Assembly (NCBI GenBank): GCA_963827165.1
Contig: CAWGZR010000004.1
Coordinates: 160,001 to 224,000, forward strand
Source: Candidatus Bathyarchaeota archaeon
GTDB taxonomy: Archaea > Thermoproteota > Bathyarchaeia > Bathyarchaeales > Bathycorpusculaceae
Direction: 5' to 3'
Length of the DNA stretch: 64,000 nucleotides
This document shows positions 29,678 through 40,070 of this stretch, one piece after another; positions within the stretch are counted from its first letter, which is position 1, and each line of letters opens with the position of its first letter. The notes beneath the pieces are model-generated. The model had not been told where the DNA came from. It did no database searches and saw only the letters and a program-made list of their open reading frames with translations. Position numbers and translations under genes: made by a program.

Positions 29678-30274
29678 ATGAAAGAAACTGAGTATAGCGT
29701 TCATGTTGACTTTGGTAAGATCGAAGCTGAAGTGGACAAACTTCAAGGCGGCAACGAGGAGATAAAGGATAGAATCGCTTGTTTCCTAAAATCACTGAAA
29801 GAGACCACGGCGAGGATAGAACCCACCCTGAGCAATGAAACAGAAGATGAACGCGAACTTTGGGAGGATTACAAGCGTTTACAGAGAGAAAAGCTGGCTG
29901 TTCTAGATTTGTCTCATGAATGGGATTATATCAGCGAAGAAATCAAGGAGTCAAATCCAAGATTGGACTTCCTGGTCAATGATGCGATTGAGGAGCTAAA
30001 CGACCATATGGGGGTTTTAGCTGAATCGCACCGCGCTCACATCGATATCCTTGAAATTTATAACACCCGTAAAATCGAGTTTTTGGCCCTTGTAATCACT
30101 GCAGCAATCTCATACATCGCCGTTTGGGAATTCTCTGTCAGGGACCTCCTGGTAAGCGTAAGGTTCCCCCATAATTTGAGCCCGCTTCTAAATTATCTGT
30201 TAGTCTTACTTACCCTGCTGCCAGTATTTGTAATCGTTGTTTGGGCTTGGGCTAGACGCAAAAGCTACTTCTGA
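29678..30274 (+). CDS. Helical protein with two C-terminal TM segments
   Basis: Acidic helical N-domain followed by two hydrophobic stretches. Confidence 0.7.
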   Translation: MKETEYSVHVDFGKIEAEVDKLQGGNEEIKDRIACFLKSLKETTARIEPTLSNETEDERELWEDYKRLQREKLAVLDLSHEWDYISEEIKESNPRLDFLVNDAIEELNDHMGVLAESHRAHIDILEIYNTRKIEFLALVITAAISYIAVWEFSVRDLLVSVRFPHNLSPLLNYLLVLLTLLPVFVIVVWAWARRKSYF

Positions 30275-30290
30275 AAACCACTGTAGGTAC

Positions 30291-30689
30291 CTAAGGTTTG
30301 AAACAGTATCGAGGCCACTGCGGCCACTGCTGAGTTGTGCTGCATGAGCCGAAGTCAACCGTTAACGCCATGCCAATCTTCAGCTTTTCCTGGGTTACAC
30401 CGTTTATCATCCCTGGAATCTTCAAGCCTTCCTCAAGCTCTAAGATACCCACCGCGTAAGGTGTTAAAGCTTGAAACTGCTCGGGCGCCACATTTATGAC
30501 AGTGTATGCGAGCAATTTGCCTTTTCCTTGGACGTTGACCCATTCAAATTCTTGCGAGAGGCAGTTATCGCAGAGGGGTCTCGGTGGCAGATGGATTTTT
30601 CCGCATTTGAGGCATTTCCCAGCCATCAACTTGTGCTGCTGCAGGAACCTATAGAACTGCTCTATCGAGAAGGGTTCTTGGGTACTCAT
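30291..30689 (-). CDS. DUF35 Zn-ribbon/OB-fold protein
   Basis: KCLKCGKIHLPPRPLCDNC, GKGKLLAYTVI, PYAVG; coupled to the thiolase. Confidence 0.9.
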   Translation of the reverse strand: MSTQEPFSIEQFYRFLQQHKLMAGKCLKCGKIHLPPRPLCDNCLSQEFEWVNVQGKGKLLAYTVINVAPEQFQALTPYAVGILELEEGLKIPGMINGVTQEKLKIGMALTVDFGSCSTTQQWPQWPRYCFKP

Positions 30690-31870
30690 TAATGGTTTCT
30701 CCTGTAAATATGAACGGCAGCCGTCGCACCTGAGCCACCGACGTTGTGTGTTAAGCCTATTTCAGCGTCTTTAACTTGGCGTTTTCCCGCTTGATCGGTT
30801 AGTTGCAGGTAAACTTCGTAGGCTTGTGCGGATCCCGTGGCGCCCACCGGATGACCTTTGGCTTTCAATCCGCCGCTTGTATTAACTGGAATTCGTCCGC
30901 CAAGTCGGGTTTCGCCGCTTTCCACCAGTTTGCCGCTCCCGCCCACCGGACAGAACCCTAGGTCCTCGTAAGCCATGAGCTCAGCAAACGTGAAACAGTC
31001 GTGAACTTCTGCCAAGTCAACGTCTCGTGGCTTCACGTTAGCCAATTCGTAAGCTGTTCGGGCAGCTAATTTGGTGGCGTTCAGCGATGTGAGGCTTTGA
31101 CGTTGGTAGAGGCCGATAGTGTCACTTGCTTGTCCGCTACCGACAATATGTACTGGTTGGTCGGTGTATTTGCTAGCTAATTCGGGTCGGGTTATGATTA
31201 CGCAGCTTGCGCCGTCGGTTATTAAGGAGCAATCGTAAAGTTTAAGCGGCCAAGCGACACAACGCGACGACATTGCAGACTGCAGGGTGATTTCTTTTTG
31301 CAAGTGGGCTTTAGGGTTTAAGCTTCCGTGATAATGGTTTTTTACAGCAACCGCTGCCATCTGCTCCTCGGTCGTGCCGTACTTTTGCATATGCGCCGTA
31401 GCCATCATAGCAAATAAGCCTGGAAAAGTGATGCCATGCCACTGCTCAAACGGGTAATCTGAAGCCATCGCCAAATACTCAGTCACTTCAGCTGTGGTGC
31501 GATGAGTCATTTTTTCGACGCCACCTACCAGAACAACGTCGGCAAGTCCGGACATTGCGGCGTAAATTCCTGAACGCAACGCGACGCCGGAAGAGGCACA
31601 GGCAGATTCGGTACGTGTGGCTGCAATGCCTGTGAGCCCTGCCCAATCTGCAGCAGCTGCGCCCATATGACCCTGATGTTCATAGGCTTCGCCCATGTGC
31701 CCGATGAACATGGCTTTGATATCTTGCTTCGGGTTGAGTTTTGGGCATCGGCTGAATGCTTCGCTTGCGGCTTCCGCAAAGATCTCTCTTGCAAGTAAAC
31801 CATCGCGTTTGCCGAATTTTGACATGCCAGCGCCTACTATGCTGACGAGTGGCTTCCCCTTCAAACCCAA
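30689..31870 (-). CDS. Thiolase (acetyl-CoA C-acyltransferase, archaeal/SCP2-like)
   Basis: ESACASS, DCSLITDGA, EVHDCF, NTSGGLKAKGHPVGATG. Confidence 0.92.
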   Translation of the reverse strand: MGLKGKPLVSIVGAGMSKFGKRDGLLAREIFAEAASEAFSRCPKLNPKQDIKAMFIGHMGEAYEHQGHMGAAAADWAGLTGIAATRTESACASSGVALRSGIYAAMSGLADVVLVGGVEKMTHRTTAEVTEYLAMASDYPFEQWHGITFPGLFAMMATAHMQKYGTTEEQMAAVAVKNHYHGSLNPKAHLQKEITLQSAMSSRCVAWPLKLYDCSLITDGASCVIITRPELASKYTDQPVHIVGSGQASDTIGLYQRQSLTSLNATKLAARTAYELANVKPRDVDLAEVHDCFTFAELMAYEDLGFCPVGGSGKLVESGETRLGGRIPVNTSGGLKAKGHPVGATGSAQAYEVYLQLTDQAGKRQVKDAEIGLTHNVGGSGATAAVHIYRRNH

Positions 31871-31988
31871 CGTTCCCTCTTAGATCCCAATACACAGACA
31901 CCATGCCTAAATAAAAACTATGCAACTCAAACGCTGGGAGCAATCCCATAAACAAGCAAACAGCCATACCCATTTCGTTGTTTCGATG

Positions 31989-32138
31989 TTATTTCTTATT
32001 TAATAAACCAAAAAGTGAACTCTTGGGCCTCTTGTAATAAGGCAACTTTTCCTTCGCAGCTTGGTGCTGGGTGCATTCCAGACATTTTCCCCGTCTAACG
32101 CACTTCTTCTTAGGGCAAGGACAATCTTCCCTTAGCAT
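31989..32138 (-). CDS. 49-aa Cys-rich small protein (below ORF-track cutoff)
   Basis: MLREDCPCPKKKCVRRGKCLECTQHQAAKEKLPYY...; A-rich BRE/TATA-like AAAAAAATATAT ~25-35 nt upstream. Confidence 0.5.
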   Translation of the reverse strand: MLREDCPCPKKKCVRRGKCLECTQHQAAKEKLPYYKRPKSSLFGLLNKK

Positions 32139-33166
32139 AATACTTGCATTGGATTAGTTCTGCATATATTTTTTTGGACGGGCACTAAAGTCCTAGTAGC
32201 ATAAATCCTCAGGGCTAAAATTGGCAAAACTACAACCGCGCCGAAAAGGATTGCTGTCAAAGTCATTATTCTTAGTGCTCGGTCAATATGTTCAGCCGTG
32301 ATGCCATGGTCGTCGCCCAAAGCGTAGTGTCCCGGCTTCTCAAGCTGCGTCTCCAAAGCGCCAGCCATCGCGGAGATAGTCCAACCTGCGTTCACACTGA
32401 CGGTTTTTGATTTATCCCTCTTTAAAATGCGCCATGATTCCCGCCAGTTTTCGCCGAGCAGATAGGAGGCGGCAACCATCAGGTAGGCTGTCAATCTTGC
32501 GGGAATGTAGTTGGTTATAGTGTCTAGGTTTGCACTGAACCATCCGATGTTGCGGTTTTCTTCGTTTTTGTAGCCGACCATCGAATCCAACGTGTTTATG
32601 ACGCGGTAGGCGAATGCGCCTGCGACGCCAAAGATTGCGAAGAAGAAAAACGGCGCGGTTATACCGTCAGTTGTGCTTTCCGCAATGGATTCCACTGCAG
32701 CTGAGGTGACTTGTTTTTCGTTCAGAGAATTTGGGTCTCGGCGAACGATGTAGGGCAGCCACCGTCGGGCTTCCGCCAAATCATTCTTTTTCAATGCGGT
32801 CGCGATTGGTTTGGTGTATTGGCCCATGCCTCTTATTGCAAAAGTTGCCTTGAACAAAATTGCGCCGACGACGATGTAGGCTATTTGACCATAGAAACCG
32901 AAAGATTGTCTAACCCAGAAAAGAAGCATAAAAACCGGCAAAGCAACAACAAGCATAACGGTTAAGGCGAGTAGGACGCCGTTTGCTTTTTCAGTTTTGG
33001 GGTTTGGGCTTTTCAGTTTGGGTTTAAGGTAGCTGATGAGTTTGCCTATGCCGATTGTGGGGTGTATCTTGTCGGGGTATTCTCCGAACACCATATCAAT
33101 CAAAAACGCTAAGATGAAAATCAGGATGGAATCAACAAAAAGTGACAGGTCAAAAGAAAGAAACAT
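32132..33166 (-). CDS. cbiB: Adenosylcobinamide-phosphate synthase CbiB (last ~18 aa probably a frameshift extension)
   Basis: HPTIGIG, AAVESIAESTTDGITAP, YRVINTLDSMVGYK, NYIPARLT, NAGW. Confidence 0.92.
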   Translation of the reverse strand: MFLSFDLSLFVDSILIFILAFLIDMVFGEYPDKIHPTIGIGKLISYLKPKLKSPNPKTEKANGVLLALTVMLVVALPVFMLLFWVRQSFGFYGQIAYIVVGAILFKATFAIRGMGQYTKPIATALKKNDLAEARRWLPYIVRRDPNSLNEKQVTSAAVESIAESTTDGITAPFFFFAIFGVAGAFAYRVINTLDSMVGYKNEENRNIGWFSANLDTITNYIPARLTAYLMVAASYLLGENWRESWRILKRDKSKTVSVNAGWTISAMAGALETQLEKPGHYALGDDHGITAEHIDRALRIMTLTAILFGAVVVLPILALRIYATRTLVPVQKNICRTNPMQVLC

Positions 33167-33185
33167 GCTTAGCGATCAAACCCAT

Positions 33186-34346
33186 TCATTGCTGATTCTT
33201 CACTATCCGCTTTAAAGCCTCAATCAAACGTTCATTTTCAGAATGAGTCTTGACAGCCACACGAATAAAGTACCCATCAAGCCCTCGGAAAGACGTACAG
33301 TCCCGAATAAGAATTCCCTGTGCAAGTAACTTTGTGGCAAGTTCTTTCGCCGTGAAAAGTGAATTGCGGATGTCTATGAAGAAAAAGTTAGCGTCTGCCG
33401 GATAAACCTTGAAACCACCGAATTTTTCCAACTCTGCCGGAAGCAACGCTTTCTCTTTTTTGATTAGCTCACGAGTCACCCTCAGATGCTCATCGTCCTT
33501 TAGTGCTGCGACGGCGGCAACCTGCGCCAAACAGTTAACGTTCCAAGGAATCTTGGCGCAAGAAAGCACACCGATTATCTCTTCGCTTGCGATGCCGTAG
33601 CCTACACGCAACCCAGTCAACCCAAAAATCTTTGTAAAGGAACGCAGAATAAACAGGTTAGGGTAGCGCTGGATTTCGCCTATGAGCGATAATGTTTTTT
33701 CGTTTTCTACAAATTCCAAGAAGTCCTCATCGAGGAAAACAAGCGTATCCTGATCCATTGCCTTCTCAACGATGTCGGTTAGGGTTTGGTTTGGGATAAG
33801 AATACTTGTCGGGTTGTTGGGGTTGCATAAGAAAACAATTTTGGCGCCGACCATATCCCTAATAAAGGCTTCTTTGTCAACGTTGAAGTTTGCGTCAAGC
33901 TTGACGAATTTTGCCGACTCACCAGTCTTTCTAACAGCGCTCTCGTACTCGCCGAAAGTTGGCGCCGGAATCAGAGCAAATTCTCCTTTTCTCAGAAAAA
34001 CCTCGGCAAACAGGTACATAAGTTCCGTCGAGCCGTTCCCCACGACGACGTTGTTTTTGGTGATGCCGCTGAAGTGGCTCGCAATGGCTTGCCGAAGATC
34101 GGTTGAGTTTGTGTCTGGGTAAGCGGGAATTTCCGTGAAGCCCAGCTTTGCTGCTTCAAGCGCTTTTTTGCTTGGACCCAGAGGGTTCACGCTTGAGCTG
34201 AAATCCAAAATTTCCTCGCGTTTCAACCCGCTTTTGTAGGCCGCATCTAAAACCTCGCCGCCGTGTACGCATGGCTTGAGGTTTTTTATGTTGTCTCTGA
34301 TCAGGTTTTCAACGGGTTTCATCGGGGTTTCAAATCCTTCAGCCAA
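33186..34346 (-). CDS. cobD: L-threonine-O-3-phosphate decarboxylase (CobD/HisC-like PLP enzyme)
   Basis: HGG, DFSSSVNPLG, GNGSTE, CNPNNPT, RSFTKIFGLTGLRVGY, IRDC; adjacent to cbiB. Confidence 0.85.
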   Translation of the reverse strand: MAEGFETPMKPVENLIRDNIKNLKPCVHGGEVLDAAYKSGLKREEILDFSSSVNPLGPSKKALEAAKLGFTEIPAYPDTNSTDLRQAIASHFSGITKNNVVVGNGSTELMYLFAEVFLRKGEFALIPAPTFGEYESAVRKTGESAKFVKLDANFNVDKEAFIRDMVGAKIVFLCNPNNPTSILIPNQTLTDIVEKAMDQDTLVFLDEDFLEFVENEKTLSLIGEIQRYPNLFILRSFTKIFGLTGLRVGYGIASEEIIGVLSCAKIPWNVNCLAQVAAVAALKDDEHLRVTRELIKKEKALLPAELEKFGGFKVYPADANFFFIDIRNSLFTAKELATKLLAQGILIRDCTSFRGLDGYFIRVAVKTHSENERLIEALKRIVKNQQ

Positions 34347-34631
34347 TCAGGGCTGAAATGCGTAGTTTTCTCTTCAGCATAAATCATATAAAGGTTTAGT
34401 TATATCCACCACAGAAAACAGGCAGTCCAAAAACTCAAATCAAGTCGGATAATTTCAAGAAAACAGCACAATACTAATGTCTCATTTTTGAGAATAAGAC
34501 ATTACCAAAACAGAATAATCATTACATTGTCTACGGTGGCTAATTGCCTCCAAAAAGAACATAAAACCTCTTAGTTGTACGCAAAGCTTTTTTTGCTCGT
34601 GGAAGAAAGAATACTAATGGGTTTTGGTTTT

Positions 34632-34814
34632 ATGAGCGATGTGCAAGATAAGCATAACTTGGATTTGTTGAGGGAAATGGTCAATGAGAGGAAACGTGGC
34701 GAGTCCCCAGAGGAAGTTCTTTCTATATTCTGCGAACGTCAAGGACTCTCTATGGACACTTGCAGGGCCTATTACAAGAAGCTCGTCGAGAAAGGCGAAA
34801 TAAAAGAGAAATAA
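34632..34814 (+). CDS. Small hypothetical protein
   Basis: Helical 60-aa ORF in the intergenic gap; alternative starts at 34575 or 34617. Confidence 0.55.
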   Translation: MSDVQDKHNLDLLREMVNERKRGESPEEVLSIFCERQGLSMDTCRAYYKKLVEKGEIKEK

Positions 34815-34855
34815 CGTTTAAGTTTTAAACCCTTATTAGCTTAGCAGGGCTCAGC

Positions 34856-35653
34856 TTGAAGGAACTTGTTTTCGTAGGCTTAGGGTTAAACGATGAAAAA
34901 GGCATAAGCGTCAATGGGTTAGAAGAAACGAAAATCGCAGACTCCGTTTTCATGGAAACATACACTAGCTTAATGCCTGACTTTAGCCTGCAACGGTTCG
35001 AAGACTTATGTGGCAAACAGGTGCATTTGGTTTCAAGACGTGAGCTTGAAGAAGAAAACGGATCTGCAATTCTGCAAGCAGCCAAACTGGGAAAAACTGT
35101 GTTCCTTGTCCCAGGCGATCCCTTTATCGCCACAACCCATGTCACTCTTAGAATTGACGCCGAAAAACAGGGAGTAAAAACTCGTATAGTTCACGGCGCA
35201 TCAATAATTTCGGCGATCGTTAGTCTGTCAGGGCTGCATAATTATAAGTTTGGAAAAACCGTCACCGTTCCGTTCCCAGAAAACTTTTCAGCGACACCCT
35301 ATGACGTCATCGTCCAAAACAAGAGGGTGGGATTGCACACTCTTTGCCTTCTGGATTTGAAAGCTCCCGAAAAGAAATTTCTAACAATTAAAGAAGCGGT
35401 AGGATTGCTGTCGAAGGTTGAAAAGAAAAAGGAACAGTGCGCTGTCACGCAAGATTCTCCCGTTCTCGGCGTGGCTCGGGCGGGAAGCAAGAGCCCAACT
35501 TTAAAGGCTGATTTCCTCAAGGACATCGTTGATTTTGATTTTGGTGACCCGCCATACAGCCTAATTTTTCCAGGCGACATGCATTTTATGGAGGTTGAGG
35601 CGTTGATTGCTTTTGCGGGTGCCCCTGCGAAGTTTAGGAGGCTTACCAAGTGA
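34856..35653 (+). CDS. dph5: Diphthine synthase
   Basis: FVGLGL, ETYTS, GDPFIATTH, GLHNYKFGKT, LHTLCLLD. Confidence 0.95.
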   Translation: MKELVFVGLGLNDEKGISVNGLEETKIADSVFMETYTSLMPDFSLQRFEDLCGKQVHLVSRRELEEENGSAILQAAKLGKTVFLVPGDPFIATTHVTLRIDAEKQGVKTRIVHGASIISAIVSLSGLHNYKFGKTVTVPFPENFSATPYDVIVQNKRVGLHTLCLLDLKAPEKKFLTIKEAVGLLSKVEKKKEQCAVTQDSPVLGVARAGSKSPTLKADFLKDIVDFDFGDPPYSLIFPGDMHFMEVEALIAFAGAPAKFRRLTK

Positions 35654-35937
35654 GTTCAGAGACACTTGCTACAAAATACATTGGCTCAGCAGAAAAGGTC
35701 TTCAAAGAATTGCAGCAGACAAAGTCGGCGGTAACGGTTTCGGAGGCGGATACAGCGAAGGTTTTGAGTTGGGCAGCTGACTATTTGGAGGACGCAAAGT
35801 ATTATAAGGTTCAAGGAAAATTTGAAACAAGCTTAACCTCGGTAGCTTACTGCGAAGGGCTCCTTGACGCGTTAAGGTTGCTAGGCGCTGTGAAATTCGA
35901 ATGGCCGACCAGTCAAGAAAGAAAAAAGTTATCTTAG
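35650..35937 (+). CDS. DUF357 family protein
   Basis: YLEDAKYY...SVAYCEGLLDALRLLG. Confidence 0.85.
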   Translation: MSSETLATKYIGSAEKVFKELQQTKSAVTVSEADTAKVLSWAADYLEDAKYYKVQGKFETSLTSVAYCEGLLDALRLLGAVKFEWPTSQERKKLS

Positions 35938-36362
35938 CTTCAGGTGTGTTTGACCTACTTCATCTGGGGCACGTCAGATTTTTAGAGGAAGCTAAAAAGG
36001 CAGGTGGAAAGGACGCCGAGCTGACTGTGGTTGTTGCAAGGGACAGCACAGTTGAGAAAACCAAGGGCAGAAAACCTATAATGTCTGAGAATGAACGCTG
36101 CCTGCTGGTCGAATCCTTGAAAGTGGTCGATAAAGCAGTGCTTGGATACGAGAAATTTGACATCGCCGAAATCATTGGGGACATCAACCCAGACGTGATC
36201 GCGTTAGGGTATGATCAGCAGGACATGATAAAGCAGGTGCAGGATTACATAAAAAAGCACAATTCGAAGGTTAAGGTTGTCAGGATTGGCAAGTTTGGGG
36301 AGAATACTTTAGATAGTTCATCAAAGATTAAGCAAGAAATAATCAACAAGCTTTCAACTTAA
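35901..36362 (+). CDS. ribL: Archaeal FAD synthase
   Basis: GVFDLLHLGH, VVARD, PDVIALGYDQ, SSSKIK. Confidence 0.85.
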   Translation: MADQSRKKKVILASGVFDLLHLGHVRFLEEAKKAGGKDAELTVVVARDSTVEKTKGRKPIMSENERCLLVESLKVVDKAVLGYEKFDIAEIIGDINPDVIALGYDQQDMIKQVQDYIKKHNSKVKVVRIGKFGENTLDSSSKIKQEIINKLST

Positions 36363-36376
36363 GTTTGGTTTAACCG

Positions 36377-36985
36377 ATGAACAGCGAGAAGTATAAGCCG
36401 ACAATTATTCTAATCGCCCTCAACACCGCGATGTACATTTACACGTCCATAGTCGGCGGAAACGCCTTGACCACAAACCTGGCAGGCATCCCACCACTCT
36501 ACCAATGGAACATGGAGGTGTTGCACGGCTCGTATTACCAGCTTTTCACGTCAATGTTCATACACGCTTCAATTCCCCACTTAGTTGGCAACATGCTTTT
36601 CCTATTCATCTTCGGCTTAAGAGCAGAAGAAATGTTTTCGCTTCCTGAATACTTGGGAATCTACCTTGTCGGAGGCTTTGTGGGTAACGTTTTGTCGCTG
36701 GCGTTTGGACCCAATTTTCTTTCCGTCGGGGCTTCAGGCGCAATCTTCGCGCTTTTCGGCGCATGCGTAATTTACGATCGGCATTCTGTCCGGCAATCTA
36801 TCGTTGGGGCGCTTATCTACGCGTTTTTCCTGCTTATTATCAGCGGGTTTAGTACGGGAGTAAATGATTTGGCTCATCTCGGCGGCTTAGGCTTCGGCTT
36901 AGTGGTTGGATACTGGATCGCGACAAGACGCAAACCGCTGCAGGAATATAACGTCAAGTACAAGCATCCCCTATACCCGTTCTAG
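36377..36985 (+). CDS. Rhomboid intramembrane serine protease
   Basis: FTSMFIH, HLVGNM, GASGA, AHLGG. Confidence 0.92.
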   Translation: MNSEKYKPTIILIALNTAMYIYTSIVGGNALTTNLAGIPPLYQWNMEVLHGSYYQLFTSMFIHASIPHLVGNMLFLFIFGLRAEEMFSLPEYLGIYLVGGFVGNVLSLAFGPNFLSVGASGAIFALFGACVIYDRHSVRQSIVGALIYAFFLLIISGFSTGVNDLAHLGGLGFGLVVGYWIATRRKPLQEYNVKYKHPLYPF

Positions 36986-37381
36986 CCGACTGTGAAAAAT
37001 AAATTTTCAAATGTTGAAAAACATGTTTTAGGGAATTTTAGCCGACGCATCTAAAACAGGCGCCTTAACGGATGAAAGGTTTTTTGGTTTCCTCTGCCGT
37101 TTCAATAAAGCAGCCTTCTTACTGCGTTTAGTATTTGTTTTTCTTTTGAAAACTGTTCCGTGAGTATTTTGATACAGCTTATTTCCTTTATTTCTCAAGA
37201 TATTCTCCTCGGTTAATTCAACTTTTATTTAGTATAGTAACATGATTATTTGAGCATGCCTATTGTTTCGTCGAGAAAATGAACATAAAAATTCAAGTTT
37301 AGGGATTTGCACGAAAATCAAGAATATCACATTACGCCAAATCCGAACTGCAGCACTTCCAAAAAACCCAGTTTTCATTAC

Positions 37382-38068
37382 TTATTCCATTGAGATTTCC
37401 ACTTTCACTTTGGTTCCATCTTTGAGACTTAGCTGTTTTCTCAGGCAGACTGGCGCGATGATTTCCAACACGGAAACATCATAGTGACTGCGCAACGCTG
37501 TTACAAGGGCACCTTTGACTTTGTTGTCGATCACAGCGGGGTAACATTTCACCAGTCCGAAGGAGCGGTCTTCGTTTTTGAAACCTGTTACTTCGACGGC
37601 TGGGTACGCTTCCAGCTCCATTCGAGTTTTAATATCATAGTCCGCCGTTAGCTTAAGGTTAAGAGTACCTGGGTAAGGGTCAAAACCCAGCTTCTGGGCG
37701 AATTGTTCTCGATAAAGTGTCTTGGAAATGTAGTATGCTCCTTCTCCGAGCCCGGTGAAGACGGTTCCCTCCAAAGTTAAAGAGGGCGGGTATGATTTTT
37801 CAACCAGAAACTTTAGACTGGAATAGAGTTTCTGCAGCTCCTTAGCCCCCGATTCTTCAATCCGGATTAAGCTTCCATCAGGGGTGATGTTGCGTGAAAT
37901 CCAGCCTTTGCGTTCAAGCTCGATGAGGTACCGGGAAGCGGTTTGCTGACTAAAACCAAGTTTGCCCGCTAAGTATTCGGTTGAGATTTTGGCGGTTCGA
38001 CGGTAAGCACCCATCTCCGCAAGCTTAAGAAGCATGTAGAGGTGCTGCCAATCCTGCTTTTCACTCAA
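37382..38068 (-). CDS. ribK: CTP-dependent riboflavin kinase with N-terminal HTH
   Basis: SQQTASR HTH; GLGEGAYY, PYPGTLN, LEIIAPVCLR. Confidence 0.92.
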   Translation of the reverse strand: MSEKQDWQHLYMLLKLAEMGAYRRTAKISTEYLAGKLGFSQQTASRYLIELERKGWISRNITPDGSLIRIEESGAKELQKLYSSLKFLVEKSYPPSLTLEGTVFTGLGEGAYYISKTLYREQFAQKLGFDPYPGTLNLKLTADYDIKTRMELEAYPAVEVTGFKNEDRSFGLVKCYPAVIDNKVKGALVTALRSHYDVSVLEIIAPVCLRKQLSLKDGTKVKVEISME

Positions 38069-38218
38069 AGCTGCATTCTCCAGCAGATTAGAAAGTAAGC
38101 GATAAGGATATTTAAGCGCCTCGAAAAATCTTTTAAACGCTCAGCGTCGAACCGTGAAAAGCTAAATTCAAGCAAAAGGTAATTTACCCAACAATTTAAA
38201 TAAAATTGGAGACGAATC

Positions 38219-38947
38219 TTGAACGTTTTTGACCAGATGGGCGTTTATTGGGCGGAGATAGCAGACAAAAATCCGACTCAAATGCAAACTCAATTCATAA
38301 GAGAAACCTTGAAGACCCAAGGACTGATTTTGGACCTTGCCTGCGGAACTGGAAGGCATATGATTACCCTTAGCAAAGAAGGATACGACGTAGTCGGTTT
38401 GGACATTTCGCTGAATCTTCTTAAAATAGCAAAAACCCGACTGAGCGGCATCCCGGTGGTAAGAGCTGACATGCGACACCTGCCGTTTAGACAGCAGATG
38501 TTCGCTGCCGCCACGAGCATGGATACGAGCTTTGGTTATTTGGTTGCTGAAGAAGATGACCTGCAAAGTTTAATGGAACTCCGAAAAACCCTGAAGCTCA
38601 ACGGCACATTGATTATTGACGTTTTCAATAGGGAACAGCTGATGCAAAAATACACTGACAAAAGCCCCGTCAATCCCAAAGAGCGAGAGTACCCGAGTTT
38701 TTTTCTTTTGCAGAAACGAACTGTCGACAAGAACGGCTCAAGGCTACGTGACCTATGGATAGTTCGTAACAAGACGGACGGGAAAATTAGGGTTTTTACG
38801 CATGTTGTCCGTCTATATTCGCTAAAAGTTTTGCAGACTTTACTCGAAAAGGGTGACTTCAGGGTTGAGGGGATTTATGGAGATTACAATAGGCAAAAGT
38901 TCAGCCCTGAATCTAACAGGCTAATCTTGGTTACATCTGCAAAATGA
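38219..38947 (+). CDS. Class I SAM-dependent methyltransferase
   Basis: ILDLACGTGRH, GLDIS, ADMR, TSFGY. Confidence 0.88.
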   Translation: MNVFDQMGVYWAEIADKNPTQMQTQFIRETLKTQGLILDLACGTGRHMITLSKEGYDVVGLDISLNLLKIAKTRLSGIPVVRADMRHLPFRQQMFAAATSMDTSFGYLVAEEDDLQSLMELRKTLKLNGTLIIDVFNREQLMQKYTDKSPVNPKEREYPSFFLLQKRTVDKNGSRLRDLWIVRNKTDGKIRVFTHVVRLYSLKVLQTLLEKGDFRVEGIYGDYNRQKFSPESNRLILVTSAK

Positions 38948-38963
38948 AGTCTACCAGCAAGAA

Positions 38964-39578
38964 CTAGCTTGTTAGGAACGGGTTGACTCTTTTTTCTTCT
39001 CCAATTATCGATGTTGATCCGTGACCTGGATAAATCAAAAAGTTCTCAGGCAAACTCTGAAGTTTTTGCAGAGATGACCGCATGTCAATGTCGGAGCCTC
39101 CTGGAAAATCGGTTCTGCCAATCCCGCCTGCAAACAAAGTGTCACCTGTGAAAACCAACCTGTCACCGAGAAGGCAAATGCTCCCGGGAGTATGCCCAGG
39201 TGTATGCATTACTTTCAGGGACTCATTGCCGAAATCTATCAAGCTGCCGTCGTCCAAGAGGACGGTCTGCGGGAAATTCGCGTTTTCCAGCACGGCCAAG
39301 CAAGCCGCATCTAAACGGTGGATGTAAATAGGCACGTTGTATTTTTCTTGGAATATTGCGTCGCCGTTAATGTGATCGGAGTGACCATGAGTGTTCACAA
39401 TCATCTTCACTTTCAGTGATCCTTCTTCTATGTAATCGAAAATTTGGTCAGCCTCAAAAATAAGATCTAACCCCGGATCAATTACGATTGCGTCTTTTGT
39501 CTGTCGGGAGCTAGCGACATAGCAGTTTGTCGATAAGCCGCCAACCGTGAACGTCTCAATAAGCATATAAACCAACAA
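38964..39578 (-). CDS. MBL-fold metallo-hydrolase (glyoxalase II-like)
   Basis: THGHSDH, HTPGHTPG, FTGDTLF, GRTD, PGHG. Confidence 0.92.
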   Translation of the reverse strand: MLVYMLIETFTVGGLSTNCYVASSRQTKDAIVIDPGLDLIFEADQIFDYIEEGSLKVKMIVNTHGHSDHINGDAIFQEKYNVPIYIHRLDAACLAVLENANFPQTVLLDDGSLIDFGNESLKVMHTPGHTPGSICLLGDRLVFTGDTLFAGGIGRTDFPGGSDIDMRSSLQKLQSLPENFLIYPGHGSTSIIGEEKRVNPFLTS

Positions 39579-39669
39579 TTCGAGTAATGCGGAAAGGCGA
39601 AATAAACCATTTGCTCAAAAACAGACGCTAAATGACAAAAAATGTAAAATCAAGATTTTTCTGGGTGTT

Positions 39670-39918
39670 TTAAGCGTCGATGCCTGCCTGGAACCCTGTG
39701 ATTTTTATAGTGCTATTGCATTTGCCGCATGAAATGACTAATTCTGCAAGTTCATCGTTCACAACTTTTGTATCTACGATTTTATAGTTGGACTCAGATT
39801 CATCGTCTGGCGAAATCATTGTCCCGCATTTTGGGCATGCAAAAGCGCCATCTCCTTCAAGAGCAACTAGGTTTATCGTGTAGGCGAAACTTTTTTTGTC
39901 CAGCTTTTTCATCATCAT
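39670..39918 (-). CDS. Small zinc-ribbon protein
   Basis: CPKCG...ISPDDE...CGKC. Confidence 0.75.
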   Translation of the reverse strand: MMMKKLDKKSFAYTINLVALEGDGAFACPKCGTMISPDDESESNYKIVDTKVVNDELAELVISCGKCNSTIKITGFQAGIDA

Positions 39919-40070
39919 TTTACTTCACTCTTTTTTTCCTTTTTTATCTGTGTTCTTTTTCCTTGTTTTTCTTAATTAACCGTTATGAATTTCTAGTCTG
40001 TATACAGGATACTTTTAAGATTTTACCCAAAAAAGGGGACAACCGCTTGTTCGTCTGCACTTAGGAGAGC

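Noticed and set aside
37105-37200. ~31-aa basic ORF after GAGGAG on the minus strand
   Set aside because: Too short, in AT-rich DNA, with no motif.
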